This document shows, piece by piece, positions 28,899 to 39,302 of a DNA stretch of 64,000 nt (position 1 is the stretch's first letter; every line of letters starts with the position of its first letter). The translations under genes and the position numbers were made by a program. The DNA lies in contig JAHHTW010000004.1 in the NCBI GenBank assembly GCA_020024265.1, positions 11,931-75,930 on the forward strand. The letters run 5' to 3'. This stretch comes from Anaerotignum sp. Lineage in GTDB: Bacteria; Bacillota; Clostridia; Lachnospirales; Anaerotignaceae. The notes under the pieces were generated by a model. That model saw only the letters and a list, made by a program, of their open reading frames with translations, had not been told where the DNA came from and ran no database searches.

Positions 28899-31800
28899 AT
28901 GGAAATGAATTTACAACAAAATAAAACGAAACCTTTTGTGCATCTTCATGTTCATACAGAGTATAGCCTTCTGGACGGTTCTGCAAAAATCAAGGAACTG
29001 GTAGCACGTGTCAAAGAATTGGGCATGGACAGCATTGCCATCACAGACCATGGAGCGATGTATGGTGTGATTGATTTTTATAAAGCTGCAAAGGAAGTTG
29101 GCATCAAACCCATCATTGGCTGTGAGGTATACGTTGCCGCAGGCTCTCGCTTGGTAAAAGAGGGAAAAGGCGGAGGCTATTATCACCTTGTGTTGCTGGC
29201 AGAAAATGAGGAAGGCTATCAGAATCTGATTAAGCTGGTTTCCTATGGATTTATTGATGGTTTTTATTATAAACCTAGAATAGATAAAGATCTGCTTCGG
29301 CAGTACCATAAAGGCATCATAGCATCCTCAGCGTGTTTGGCAGGGGAAATTCCACGCACATTGTCTGTAAGCTATGAAGAAGCAAAAAAGACCGCACTGG
29401 AATACCAAGAGATTTTCGGTAAGGATTCTTTCTTTCTCGAATTGCAAGACCATGGTATTTTAGAGCAAAAGCGTGTCAATGAAGCGCTCATTCGTATGTC
29501 TAAGGAAACGGGCATCCCATTGATTGCAACGAATGACAGTCATTATATCTATAAAGAGGATGCAATACCGCATGATATATTGCTGTGTATCCAGACAGGA
29601 AAAACCGTACATGACAAAGATCGTATGCGTTATGAAGGTGGACAGTTCTATGTGAAAAGCCCGGAAGAAATGTATGCACTTTTTGCAGGTACAGAGGAAG
29701 CGTTGGAAAATACAGCAAAAATTGCGCAACGCTGCAATGTGGATTTTGTATTCCATGACCTAAAGCTGCCACGCTTCGATGTTCCGGATGGAAAAACAGC
29801 GCCGGAGTATTTGCGTGAGCTGTGCTATGCAGGTTTTGCAAGACGCTACCCAAAGCCGGAAAAAGAATGGAAAGAACGTCTGGAGTATGAGCTTGGGATC
29901 ATTGAAACGATGGGGTATGTGGATTATTTCTTGATTGTATGGGACTTTATACACTTTGCCAAAGAGCATGATATTATTGTGGGACCGGGACGAGGCTCTG
30001 CCGCAGGCAGTATGGTTTCGTATTGCTTGGATATTACAACGATTGATCCCTTACGTTATGATTTGATTTTTGAACGCTTCCTCAATCCGGAACGTGTCAG
30101 TATGCCTGATATTGACGTGGATTTCTGCTATGAAAGACGGCAGGAGGTCATTGATTATGTCATATCCAAATATGGCGAAGACCATGTGGCGCAGATCATT
30201 ACCTTTGGAACACTTGCGGCAAGAGCTGCCATAAAAGACGTTGGACGTGCTTTGGATATGCCGTATGCGGAAGTAGACCGTATTTCCAAAATGATTCCAA
30301 CAGAGCTTGGCATTACCATCAAAAAGGCATTGGATATGAACCCGGAGCTAAAGCGTGCATATGAAAATGAAGAAAGCACACATTATTTGATTGATATGTC
30401 CAAGCGTTTGGAAGGGCTTCCACGCCATTCTTCTACCCATGCAGCAGGTGTGGTTATCTGCCGAAAGCCCGTTATGGAATATGTGCCTTTGAGCGCCAAT
30501 GATGGGCAGATCAATACACAGTATACCATGACGTTGCTGGAGGAATTGGGGCTGCTCAAAATGGACTTTTTGGGCTTGCGTACACTGACAGTCATTCAAA
30601 ATGCGGTCAAAGAAGTGGAACGCATCCATGGGATCAAGCTGGATATAGAGGCATTGCCACAGGATGATACAGAGGTATATCAGCTCATTGGACAGGGCAA
30701 GACAGAAGGAATGTTTCAGCTGGAAAGCAGCGGCATGAAGCAGTTTATGCGAGAATTGCAGCCAAGTTGCTTGGAGGATTTGATTGCGGGTATTTCTTTG
30801 TATCGCCCTGGTCCTATGGATTTTATCCCCAAATATATCAAGGGGAAAAATGATAAAGAACATATACAATATACACATCCGGCATTGGAACCGATACTCA
30901 AAAATACGTATGGCTGTATTGTATATCAGGAACAGGTGATGCAGATTGTACGTGATCTTGCAGGGTACAGTTTGGGACGAAGTGACCTGGTACGTCGTGC
31001 AATGAGCAAAAAGAAGGCATCTGTGATGGCAGAGGAACGAAAAAACTTTGTCTATGGTGTTGGGGATGAGGTTCCTGGATGTGTGAAAAATGGCATACCG
31101 GCAGAGATTGCAGAAAAAATATTCGATGAAATGACCGATTTTGCAAAGTATGCTTTCAATAAGAGTCATGCGGCTTGCTATGCGGTTGTCGGATATCAGA
31201 CTGCATGGCTGAAAACAAAGTATCCTGTGGAATTTATGGCGGCATTGATGACCAGCGTCATGGATAACACTGCAAAGGTTTCCGGATATATTGAAGAATG
31301 TAAAAAAATGGGTATTTCACTTTTGCCACCGGATATCAATGAGGGCTATGGACACTTTTCCGTATCGGATGGGAGCATACGATTTGGTTTGGCAGCGATT
31401 AAAAATGTGGGCAAACACGCGGTTGCGGCATTGGTGGCAGAGCGTGAGAAAAATGGACGGTTTCTTTCGTTGACGGACTTTTGCCGTCGTATGGGTGATG
31501 GAGAATTAAACAAACGCAGTATGGAAAGCTTGATTAAGGCAGGCGCAATGGATTCTCTCGGCAATGCACGCAGTCAGTATATGGCTGTATATAAGAATAT
31601 CATAGATGGCATTGGACAGGCAAAAAAGCATAATATTGCAGGGCAGCTGAATTTGTTTGATCTGGCAGGTACAGAGGAAACCGCAGAGGAAACGGATGAT
31701 TTGCCGGCAATTGTGGAATATTCTGCCAAAGAAAAGCTGGCAATGGAAAAAGAAGTCCTTGGGATTTATGTCAGTGGGCATCCGTTGGCAGAATATGAAA

Positions 31801-32381
31801 CACAACTGAAACGTAAGGTGAGCAACAATAGTCAGGATTTTCTGCCGCAGGAAGAAGGAAGTACGCAGCAGCAGATTGCAGATGGTACGCAGGTTGTGAT
31901 TGGCGGCATGATTGCAGCACAGTCTGTAAAATATACCAAAAACAACGAAAAGATGTGTTTCCTGACATTGGAGGATTTGCAGGGAAATATAGAAATTATT
32001 GTATTTCCAAAAACAATGCAGCAATGCAGTATGTTTTTGGCACCGGAAAACGTGGTTCTGGTCAAAGGACGAGCCAATGTTTCCGCAGATGGAGAAGCCA
32101 AGGTCATTGCATCATCCATTACACCACTTATGCAAGAAAATACAGCCAAAAAACAGCCCTCTTTATGGTTGAAGCAAGAGGCGGGGAATGAAATGCCTCT
32201 GATATGGATACGTCAAATTTTGGAAAAATATAAAGGCAATGTCCCTGTGTATATATACGAGGAAAAAACAAAAAAAACAATGAAAGCAGATCAAACATTT
32301 TGGGTAACATTAGGAGAGGATCTCCTCAATGAACTCAAAGCACATATGGGTGAAAAAAATGTAGTTGTCAAAAATGGGTGA
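28899..32381 (+). CDS. dnaE: DNA polymerase III alpha subunit
   Basis: FVHLHVHTEYSLLDG PHP domain, GRGSAAGS, PDIDVDF, YAFNKSHA; no intein. Confidence 0.98.
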   Translation: MEMNLQQNKTKPFVHLHVHTEYSLLDGSAKIKELVARVKELGMDSIAITDHGAMYGVIDFYKAAKEVGIKPIIGCEVYVAAGSRLVKEGKGGGYYHLVLLAENEEGYQNLIKLVSYGFIDGFYYKPRIDKDLLRQYHKGIIASSACLAGEIPRTLSVSYEEAKKTALEYQEIFGKDSFFLELQDHGILEQKRVNEALIRMSKETGIPLIATNDSHYIYKEDAIPHDILLCIQTGKTVHDKDRMRYEGGQFYVKSPEEMYALFAGTEEALENTAKIAQRCNVDFVFHDLKLPRFDVPDGKTAPEYLRELCYAGFARRYPKPEKEWKERLEYELGIIETMGYVDYFLIVWDFIHFAKEHDIIVGPGRGSAAGSMVSYCLDITTIDPLRYDLIFERFLNPERVSMPDIDVDFCYERRQEVIDYVISKYGEDHVAQIITFGTLAARAAIKDVGRALDMPYAEVDRISKMIPTELGITIKKALDMNPELKRAYENEESTHYLIDMSKRLEGLPRHSSTHAAGVVICRKPVMEYVPLSANDGQINTQYTMTLLEELGLLKMDFLGLRTLTVIQNAVKEVERIHGIKLDIEALPQDDTEVYQLIGQGKTEGMFQLESSGMKQFMRELQPSCLEDLIAGISLYRPGPMDFIPKYIKGKNDKEHIQYTHPALEPILKNTYGCIVYQEQVMQIVRDLAGYSLGRSDLVRRAMSKKKASVMAEERKNFVYGVGDEVPGCVKNGIPAEIAEKIFDEMTDFAKYAFNKSHAACYAVVGYQTAWLKTKYPVEFMAALMTSVMDNTAKVSGYIEECKKMGISLLPPDINEGYGHFSVSDGSIRFGLAAIKNVGKHAVAALVAEREKNGRFLSLTDFCRRMGDGELNKRSMESLIKAGAMDSLGNARSQYMAVYKNIIDGIGQAKKHNIAGQLNLFDLAGTEETAEETDDLPAIVEYSAKEKLAMEKEVLGIYVSGHPLAEYETQLKRKVSNNSQDFLPQEEGSTQQQIADGTQVVIGGMIAAQSVKYTKNNEKMCFLTLEDLQGNIEIIVFPKTMQQCSMFLAPENVVLVKGRANVSADGEAKVIASSITPLMQENTAKKQPSLWLKQEAGNEMPLIWIRQILEKYKGNVPVYIYEEKTKKTMKADQTFWVTLGEDLLNELKAHMGEKNVVVKNG

Positions 32382-32392
32382 GGAGGTGGCAT

Positions 32393-32629
32393 ATGAACAA
32401 AGAAGACAAGCTGGGTACAGAAGCTCCGTACATTTGCGTAAAAGCTTTGGAAAAAGGGGTGAATGTGATTGGTGTGACAAGGGGAGAAATCACAAAAATA
32501 CATCATACCGAAAAATTGGATGAAAACGAAGTTTTGTTGGCACAGTTTACAGAGCATACCTCTGCAATCAAAATCAGAGGAAAAGCTGAAATTTATACAC
32601 CTTATGGAGTCATTCACAGTGGCGAATAA
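32393..32629 (+). CDS. mtrB: trp RNA-binding attenuation protein (TRAP)
   Basis: KA.E.GVNVIG.TRG..TK.HH.EKLD..EV..AQFTEHTSAIK.RG. Confidence 0.93.
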   Translation: MNKEDKLGTEAPYICVKALEKGVNVIGVTRGEITKIHHTEKLDENEVLLAQFTEHTSAIKIRGKAEIYTPYGVIHSGE

Positions 32630-32660
32630 AGAGAATGTGTTGAATTGGGAGGAAAGGAAT

Positions 32661-33641
32661 ATGGCAGAAAACAAGATTAAAAAAATTGGCGTTTTGACAA
32701 GCGGTGGGGATGCACCCGGTATGAATGCAGCCATTCGTGCAGTTGTGCGCACCGCATTGTTCCATGATGTGGATGTCATTGGAATCCGTAAGGGTTACAA
32801 TGGCCTTATCAATGGCGAAATCAAAGAAATGCACAGCAAGGATGTTTCCAATGTCATGAATTTGGGCGGTACTATATTGCATACCGCACGTTGTCCGGAG
32901 ATGATGACGGAGGAAGGATTGGATAAGGCGGCGGCGATTTATAAAATCCTCAGCTTGGATGCGCTGGTTGTCATTGGCGGGGATGGTTCTTTCCGTGGTA
33001 TGCAATCTCTGGCAGAAAGAGGAGTCAACTGCATCGGGATTCCTGCAACCATTGACTTGGATATGAATAGTACAGAATATACCATTGGTTTCGATACGGC
33101 AGTAAATACGGGTATGGATGCGCTCAATAAGCTCAGAGATACATCCAGCTCACACGAAAGATGCTCTGTGGTAGAGGTGATGGGCAGAGATGCCGGTTAT
33201 ATTGCTGTGTGGTGTGCTATGGTTGGTGGAGCAGAGGATGTCATGTTCCCTGAGGAAAAGGAGATCATTGACAGCAAAAAGGTAATCCAGCAGATTTTAG
33301 AAAACAGAAGCATAGGCAAGCGCCATAATTTGATTGTTGTTGCAGAAGGTGTTGGTGGTACACAAAAGCTGGCACAGGATATTCAAAATATCACAGGGAT
33401 TCAAACAAGAGCAACCATTTTGGGGCATTTACAGCGTGGCGGAAGCCCGACAGCGGTAGACCGTATGCATGCATCCATGATGGGGTATCATGCGGTAAAA
33501 GCAATTCTTTCGGGGGAGGAAAATAAAGTAGTTGCTTTCAATGGCGGAAAATACGAGCTATTGGATTTGGAAAAAGCTATGACAATGGAAAAACATCTGG
33601 ATCATGAAATCTATGATGTGATTAAAATTTTAGCAATCTAA
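32661..33641 (+). CDS. pfkA: 6-phosphofructokinase
   Basis: GVLTSGGDAPGMNAA, IGGDGS, TIGFDTA, EVMGR, LGHLQRGG. Confidence 0.97.
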   Translation: MAENKIKKIGVLTSGGDAPGMNAAIRAVVRTALFHDVDVIGIRKGYNGLINGEIKEMHSKDVSNVMNLGGTILHTARCPEMMTEEGLDKAAAIYKILSLDALVVIGGDGSFRGMQSLAERGVNCIGIPATIDLDMNSTEYTIGFDTAVNTGMDALNKLRDTSSSHERCSVVEVMGRDAGYIAVWCAMVGGAEDVMFPEEKEIIDSKKVIQQILENRSIGKRHNLIVVAEGVGGTQKLAQDIQNITGIQTRATILGHLQRGGSPTAVDRMHASMMGYHAVKAILSGEENKVVAFNGGKYELLDLEKAMTMEKHLDHEIYDVIKILAI

Positions 33642-33678
33642 AAAAGAGCAGCGGATAAAAAAAGAGGAGGTATATTGG

Positions 33679-35439
33679 ATGCGCAGAACAAAAATCGTTT
33701 GCACTTTGGGCCCTGCAACAGATGATATAGAGATGATGAAGGAACTGATCAGAAGTGGATTGGATGCTGCCAGAGTGAATTTTTCTCATGGAACATATGA
33801 ATCTCATGGAAAGATCATTCAGAAACTCAAGCAGGCAAGAGAGGAACTGCATGCTCCCATTCCACTGATATTGGATACCAAAGGTCCGGAAATCCGTATC
33901 AAAACGTTTGAAAATGATAAAATCCGTTTGGAGGAAGGCGACCATTTTATATTGACTACAGAAGATGTACAAGGAACACAAGAACGTGTTTCTGTAACAT
34001 ATGAAGATTTGCCGAAAGATTTACAGAGAGGCTCTCGTGTACTGATTGATGATGGCTTAATTGAACTACAGGTGGAAAGCATACAAGGCTGTGATGTACA
34101 CTGTGTGGTGATTGCAGGCGGCAGCATAAGCTCTCGTAAGGGCGTAAATTTGCCGGGGATTAAGGTCAATTTGCCCTCTTTGACAGAAAAGGATATCGAA
34201 GATTTGAAATTTGGCATTGCAAACGGTTTTGATTATATCGCAGCATCCTTTGTACGCTCCGCATCTGATGTTGTCAAAATTCGCCGTGTATTGGAAGAAA
34301 ATGGTGGTGAAAGCATTTCTATCATTTCCAAAATTGAAAACCAAGAGGGTGTGGATAACATTGATGCAATTTTAGAAGTTTCTGATGGTATTATGGTAGC
34401 CAGAGGGGATTTGGGGGTGGAAATTCCGCCAGAAGAAGTACCTCTGGTGCAGAAAGCGTTGATTGCCAAAGCGAATAAATGTGGCAAACCGGTCATTACC
34501 GCAACACAGATGCTTGAAAGCATGGTCAGAAGTCCAAGACCGACAAGAGCAGAAGCCAATGACGTGGCAAATGCCATTTTTGACGGCAGTGATGCCATTA
34601 TGCTTTCCGGAGAAACTGCGATGGGACAGTATCCCTGCGAGGCAGTTGCAACCATGGCTCGTATTGCACAAAAGGCAGAAAGCAGCATCAATTATGAAAA
34701 AAATCTGACCATCAATTTGGAATCTGCACAGACCAATATCACAAATGCCATCAGCTTTGCCGCATGTACAACAGCCGCAGAGCTGCAAACAGCATGCGTG
34801 ACAACCATTACAAAATCCGGCTTTACTGCAAGAATGATTTCCAAGCATAGACCGGTTTGCCCGATTGTTGCCGGCGCAACATCAGAACGGGTATGGCGTC
34901 AGCTCAATTTGATTTGGGGCTGCTGCCCGGTATTGCATAAAGGCACATTGCCACATAGCGAAATCTTTGATACAGCAATGAAAATTGCACAAAGAAGCGG
35001 TATTGTGAAAAATGGTGATACCATTGTTATGGCACTGGGTATGCCTGTTGATGTCAGTGGCTCAACCAATACATTGCGTGTCGATATTGTAGGCGATGTT
35101 TTGGTCAAAGGCATTGGTATTGGTACAAAGAAGGTAAGCGGTACTGCCAGAGTGGTAAAGGTACGGGATGAGATGGAGCAGAATTTTAAGAAAGGTGATA
35201 TTTTGGTGGCAACGGCAACAGACAATGATTTGATGCCGTATCTGCAAAAAGCTGCCGGTGTCATTGTAGGCCCCATGTCGTATTCTGAAAATTGTCATGC
35301 AGAAATTGTATGTAGAGCATTGGATATTCCTGTGATCATTTGCAATGCAAAGGTGATTGATTTTATTCCGGACGATGCACTGCTCACCATAGATGCAGAA
35401 AAAGGATTTGTATATTCCGGTATTCCGGAACAAAAGTAA
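33679..35439 (+). CDS. pyk: pyruvate kinase with C-terminal swivelling (PEP-utiliser) domain
   Basis: RRTKIVCTLGPA, DTKGPEIR, MVARGDLG, ATQMLESM, MLSGETA. Confidence 0.98.
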   Translation: MRRTKIVCTLGPATDDIEMMKELIRSGLDAARVNFSHGTYESHGKIIQKLKQAREELHAPIPLILDTKGPEIRIKTFENDKIRLEEGDHFILTTEDVQGTQERVSVTYEDLPKDLQRGSRVLIDDGLIELQVESIQGCDVHCVVIAGGSISSRKGVNLPGIKVNLPSLTEKDIEDLKFGIANGFDYIAASFVRSASDVVKIRRVLEENGGESISIISKIENQEGVDNIDAILEVSDGIMVARGDLGVEIPPEEVPLVQKALIAKANKCGKPVITATQMLESMVRSPRPTRAEANDVANAIFDGSDAIMLSGETAMGQYPCEAVATMARIAQKAESSINYEKNLTINLESAQTNITNAISFAACTTAAELQTACVTTITKSGFTARMISKHRPVCPIVAGATSERVWRQLNLIWGCCPVLHKGTLPHSEIFDTAMKIAQRSGIVKNGDTIVMALGMPVDVSGSTNTLRVDIVGDVLVKGIGIGTKKVSGTARVVKVRDEMEQNFKKGDILVATATDNDLMPYLQKAAGVIVGPMSYSENCHAEIVCRALDIPVIICNAKVIDFIPDDALLTIDAEKGFVYSGIPEQK

Positions 35440-35447
35440 TATATACG

Positions 35448-35486
35448 CAAAAGCCTTTGCAAAATGCAAATTTGCAGAGGCTTTTT
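35448..35486 (+). terminator. intrinsic terminator after pyk
   Basis: AAAAGCCTTTGCAAA/TTTGCAGAGGCTTTTT. Confidence 0.7.
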
Positions 35487-35522
35487 GGACAGAGATCACA
35501 GGGTAAAGGCAGGTGAGACAGC

Positions 35523-37394
35523 ATGTTTGACATCGCACAAGAGTTGAAAAATCTTCCACAGAAGCCCGGTGTTTATTTGATGAAAAACAAAGATGGTGAA
35601 ATCATATATGTAGGCAAAGCCGTGAATTTACGCAATCGTGTGCGACAGTATTTCCAAAACAGCCGCAACCAAAATCCCAAAACCCGTACCATGGTGCCAC
35701 ACATTGCAGAATTTGAATATATTGTGACAGATTCTGAAATGGAAGCCTTGCTTTTGGAATGTACCCTCATCAAAGAACATCAACCGCATTACAATATTTT
35801 GCTCAAGGATGATAAGACATATCCCTATATCAAAGTGACGGTGCAGGAGGATTTTCCACGTATATTCATCACACGCAGACGAGAGAAGGATAAGGCGAAA
35901 TATTATGGTCCCTTTACAGATGTTTTGGCAATGAAGGAAACCGTGGAGCTGTTGCACAAACTCTTTCCGATCCGCAAGTGCAAAAAAAATCTTCCGAAGG
36001 AAATTGGAAAAGAACGCCCATGTCTGAATTATCACATTGGACAATGCCTTGCCCCGTGCAGCGGCAATGTTGCAAAGGACGTATATGCTGTCTATGTACG
36101 GGATGCCATGGATTTTTTGGAAGGACGGCACGATACCATTTCCAAGCGTATGCAAGCAGAGATGCAGGAAGCGGCAGAAAATCTGGAGTATGAAAAAGCA
36201 GCCGCACTGCGGGATAAAATCATGGCGTTGCGCAGTGTATCGCAAAAACAGAAAATGGACAATATGTCTTTGCAAGAAGCAGATGTCATTGCATTTGTGC
36301 GTGCTTTTTCAGAATGTTTGGTGCAGGTATTCTTTATTCGCAATGGCAGAATGACAGGACGAGAAAACTATACGATGATGATACCAAAGGAGCAGAGCCG
36401 CAGTGAAGTGATGACAGCCTTTGTTACACAGTTTTACAGCGGTACGGCATATGTACCAAAGGAAATTATATTACAGGAACCTCTGACAGAAGAAGAACAA
36501 CCCCTGTTGGAGCATTATCTGGCAAATCGAAGAGGGAGCAAGGTGGCTGTAACCGTACCCGTGAAGGGGGAAAAGCAAAAGCTGGTAGAGCTTGCCTACA
36601 AAAATGTATCACTGGTTTTTGCACAGTTTGGTGAAAAAATGAAACGGGAAGAGCAGCGGACAAAGGGTGCCATACGACAGATACAAGAAACACTGGGCTT
36701 GCACAATCCTCTGCATCGTGTAGAGGCATATGATATTTCCAATACACAAGGTTTTGCATCGGTTGGCTCTATGGTTGTATTTGAAGATGGACAGCCCAGA
36801 CGCAGTGATTACCGCAAATTTAGAATCAAAACTGTGGTGGGCGCAAATGACTTTGCATCCATGCAGGAAGTGATTACACGCAGGCTCAATCATGCGGTCA
36901 AAGAAAAGGCAGAGGGCAAAACAAGCAGTTTTACACGTCTGCCGGATTTGATTTTGATGGATGGTGGAAAGACACAGGTACATGCCACAGAAGAAATTTT
37001 GATGCAATTTGGCATAGACATTCCGGTTTGCGGTATGGTAAAGGATGATCGGCATCGTACCAGAGGATTGTATTTTCAAGGGCAGGAGGTTCCTATGCCT
37101 TTCACAAGTGAAGGCTTTCGTCTGGTTACAAGAATACAGGATGAGGTACACCGCTTTGCCATTCATTACCATAGGCGGTTGCATGAAAAGCAATCTTTCC
37201 ATTCGGTACTGGATGAAATCAAGGGGATTGGCGCAGTGCGCAGAAAGGCGTTGATGAGCCATTTTGGCTCTGTTGCGCAAATTGCAAAGGCGGAGGTTGG
37301 AGAGCTTTTGGAAGTAGAAGGTATGACCATTCCATCAGCAGAAGCGGTGTATGCATTTTTTCGTGGGACAGAACGTGCAACAGTGGATCAGTAA
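35523..37394 (+). CDS. uvrC: excinuclease ABC subunit C
   Basis: GIY-YIG PGVYLM...IIYVGKA, EAYDIS, LPDLILMDGG, HhH. Confidence 0.97.
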   Translation: MFDIAQELKNLPQKPGVYLMKNKDGEIIYVGKAVNLRNRVRQYFQNSRNQNPKTRTMVPHIAEFEYIVTDSEMEALLLECTLIKEHQPHYNILLKDDKTYPYIKVTVQEDFPRIFITRRREKDKAKYYGPFTDVLAMKETVELLHKLFPIRKCKKNLPKEIGKERPCLNYHIGQCLAPCSGNVAKDVYAVYVRDAMDFLEGRHDTISKRMQAEMQEAAENLEYEKAAALRDKIMALRSVSQKQKMDNMSLQEADVIAFVRAFSECLVQVFFIRNGRMTGRENYTMMIPKEQSRSEVMTAFVTQFYSGTAYVPKEIILQEPLTEEEQPLLEHYLANRRGSKVAVTVPVKGEKQKLVELAYKNVSLVFAQFGEKMKREEQRTKGAIRQIQETLGLHNPLHRVEAYDISNTQGFASVGSMVVFEDGQPRRSDYRKFRIKTVVGANDFASMQEVITRRLNHAVKEKAEGKTSSFTRLPDLILMDGGKTQVHATEEILMQFGIDIPVCGMVKDDRHRTRGLYFQGQEVPMPFTSEGFRLVTRIQDEVHRFAIHYHRRLHEKQSFHSVLDEIKGIGAVRRKALMSHFGSVAQIAKAEVGELLEVEGMTIPSAEAVYAFFRGTERATVDQ

Positions 37395-37402
37395 GAGAGG
37401 AG

Positions 37403-38338
37403 ATGCGTAAGATGTATTCAGCATCCATTCAAAAATTTCTGGATCATTTTGAATTAGAGAATATATTGCCGGAAATTGATATTTCCGGACGTGTAATTAC
37501 CCGTAAAGAGGTCAACCGACCGGGTTTGCAGTTGACCGGATTTTATGAAAGATTTGACAATGATCGTGTACAGCTGATTGGTCGTGTAGAACACAGTTAT
37601 CTTTTGACATTGAATGATGATCAAAGAAAACAGGCGATTTGCCATTTGTTTGAACACCATATTCCATGCCTGATTATTTGTAAAAATCTGGAGGTTTTTC
37701 CGGAAATGCTGCACTATGGCAGAAAATATGGTGTGCCGATTTTTCGTACAGCAGAAACCACCACCAGCTTTGTTGCGGCGCTGATTGCGTGGCTGCATAC
37801 AGAGCTTGCAGAGCGTGAAACCATACATGGTGTATTGCTGGATATTTATGGCGAAGGCGTCCTTTTGATTGGGGACAGCGGAATCGGAAAAAGCGAAACG
37901 GCACTGGAACTGATTAAAAGAGGACACCGTTTGATTGCCGATGATGCGGTAGAAATCAAAAAGATTGCAGACCGTACATTGGTTGGTACTTGCCCGGAGC
38001 TGATTCGTTATCTCATCGAAGTGCGTGGCATTGGTATATTGAATGTCAAAGAACTCTTTGGCGTTGGTGCAGTCCGTGAAAAAAAATCCATTGATTTTGT
38101 TTTGCGGTTGGAAATGTGGGATGGTAAGACAGGGACATACGACCGATTGGGATTGGACGAGGAATATATTGAGATTTTGGGGAATAAAGTACTTTGTAAT
38201 CGTATTCCGCTGCGTCCCGGCAGAAATGTGGCTGTGATTTGTGAATCGGCAGCGATTACAAATCGTCAAAAAAAGATGGGAACCAATACCGCAAAGGAGC
38301 TGGAAGCACGTATGATGCGTCAGGTTCACAATGGGTAA
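37403..38338 (+). CDS. hprK: HPr kinase/phosphorylase
   Basis: NRPGLQL, GDSGIGKSETALEL, LIADD, IEVRGIG, PGRN. Confidence 0.97.
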   Translation: MRKMYSASIQKFLDHFELENILPEIDISGRVITRKEVNRPGLQLTGFYERFDNDRVQLIGRVEHSYLLTLNDDQRKQAICHLFEHHIPCLIICKNLEVFPEMLHYGRKYGVPIFRTAETTTSFVAALIAWLHTELAERETIHGVLLDIYGEGVLLIGDSGIGKSETALELIKRGHRLIADDAVEIKKIADRTLVGTCPELIRYLIEVRGIGILNVKELFGVGAVREKKSIDFVLRLEMWDGKTGTYDRLGLDEEYIEILGNKVLCNRIPLRPGRNVAVICESAAITNRQKKMGTNTAKELEARMMRQVHNG

Positions 38339-38357
38339 AAGACAGGAGGTACATGCT

Positions 38358-39275
38358 ATGGAAGGAATCAAAGAACAGTTGCAGCAAATACTTGGCACAG
38401 ACGCCGTTTTATGCAACGAAAGCATGGAAAAACATACCACATTTCAAACAGGCGGTACAGCGGATTTCTTTCTGATGCCACAGACTGCACAGCAGATACA
38501 GGAGAGTATCCGCTTGTTGCGCAGAGAGAATATTCCATATCTGGTGGTGGGTAATGGAAGCAATTTATTGGTATCCGATGCGGGAATTCGTGGAGCGGTG
38601 ATACAGCTGGGAAGCCGTATGCAGCAAATTTCAATTACAGATGATACCATGTATATACAATGTGGTGCATTGTTGAGTATGGCAGCTGCAAAAGCGGCAG
38701 AAGCAGGCTTGGATGGCTTGGTTTTTGCCTCCGGTATTCCGGGAACATTTGGCGGCGCTGTTGTGATGAATGCGGGTGCCTATGGCGGAGAAATGAAGGA
38801 TGTACTCATAAGTGTAGAAGTGCTTACCAAGGATTTGGAAGTGAAAACCATACCGACAGAAGATTTGCAGCTATCCTATCGTCATAGCATGGTAGCAGAA
38901 AAAGAGTATATTGTTCTGGGAGGCAGTATTGCGTTGCAGAAAGGCGAAGCTGACAAAATCAAAGCATCTATGACGGAATTGGCACAGCAAAGAAGGGAAA
39001 AACAACCCCTGCAATATCCAAGTGCCGGCAGTACGTTCAAACGTCCCAAGGGATATTTTGCAGGAAAGCTCATCAGTGATGCAGGGCTGAAGGGTAAGAC
39101 CATTGGCGGTGCGCAGGTATCGGAAAAGCATGCGGGCTTTATCATCAATATCGGCGGTGCAACCACAAATGATATTTTGGATTTGATCGCTTTTTGTCAA
39201 AAAACAGTGATGGAGCAATTTGGAGTTATGCTGGAAACGGAAGTAAAATTTGTAGGGGAAATCAGCAGAAAATAA
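38358..39275 (+). CDS. murB: UDP-N-acetylmuramate dehydrogenase
   Basis: HTT..TGG, GNGSNLL, GIPGT.GGA..MNAGAYG, PSAGSTFKRP, KHAGF. Confidence 0.96.
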   Translation: MEGIKEQLQQILGTDAVLCNESMEKHTTFQTGGTADFFLMPQTAQQIQESIRLLRRENIPYLVVGNGSNLLVSDAGIRGAVIQLGSRMQQISITDDTMYIQCGALLSMAAAKAAEAGLDGLVFASGIPGTFGGAVVMNAGAYGGEMKDVLISVEVLTKDLEVKTIPTEDLQLSYRHSMVAEKEYIVLGGSIALQKGEADKIKASMTELAQQRREKQPLQYPSAGSTFKRPKGYFAGKLISDAGLKGKTIGGAQVSEKHAGFIINIGGATTNDILDLIAFCQKTVMEQFGVMLETEVKFVGEISRK

Positions 39276-39302
39276 CGTGTGTCAAAAGAGAGGTGGTACA
39301 AT

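Noticed and set aside
35428..35439. Possible LexA box before uvrC (GAACAAAAGTAA)
   Set aside because: Two mismatches in the right half-site, and it lies in the pyk stop region upstream of a terminator
3444..38440. Other long antisense ORFs (3444-4367, 13103-14122, 25869-26951, 37454-38440 and similar)
   Set aside because: Each lies opposite a well-supported gene and has Cys/Phe/His-rich non-protein-like composition
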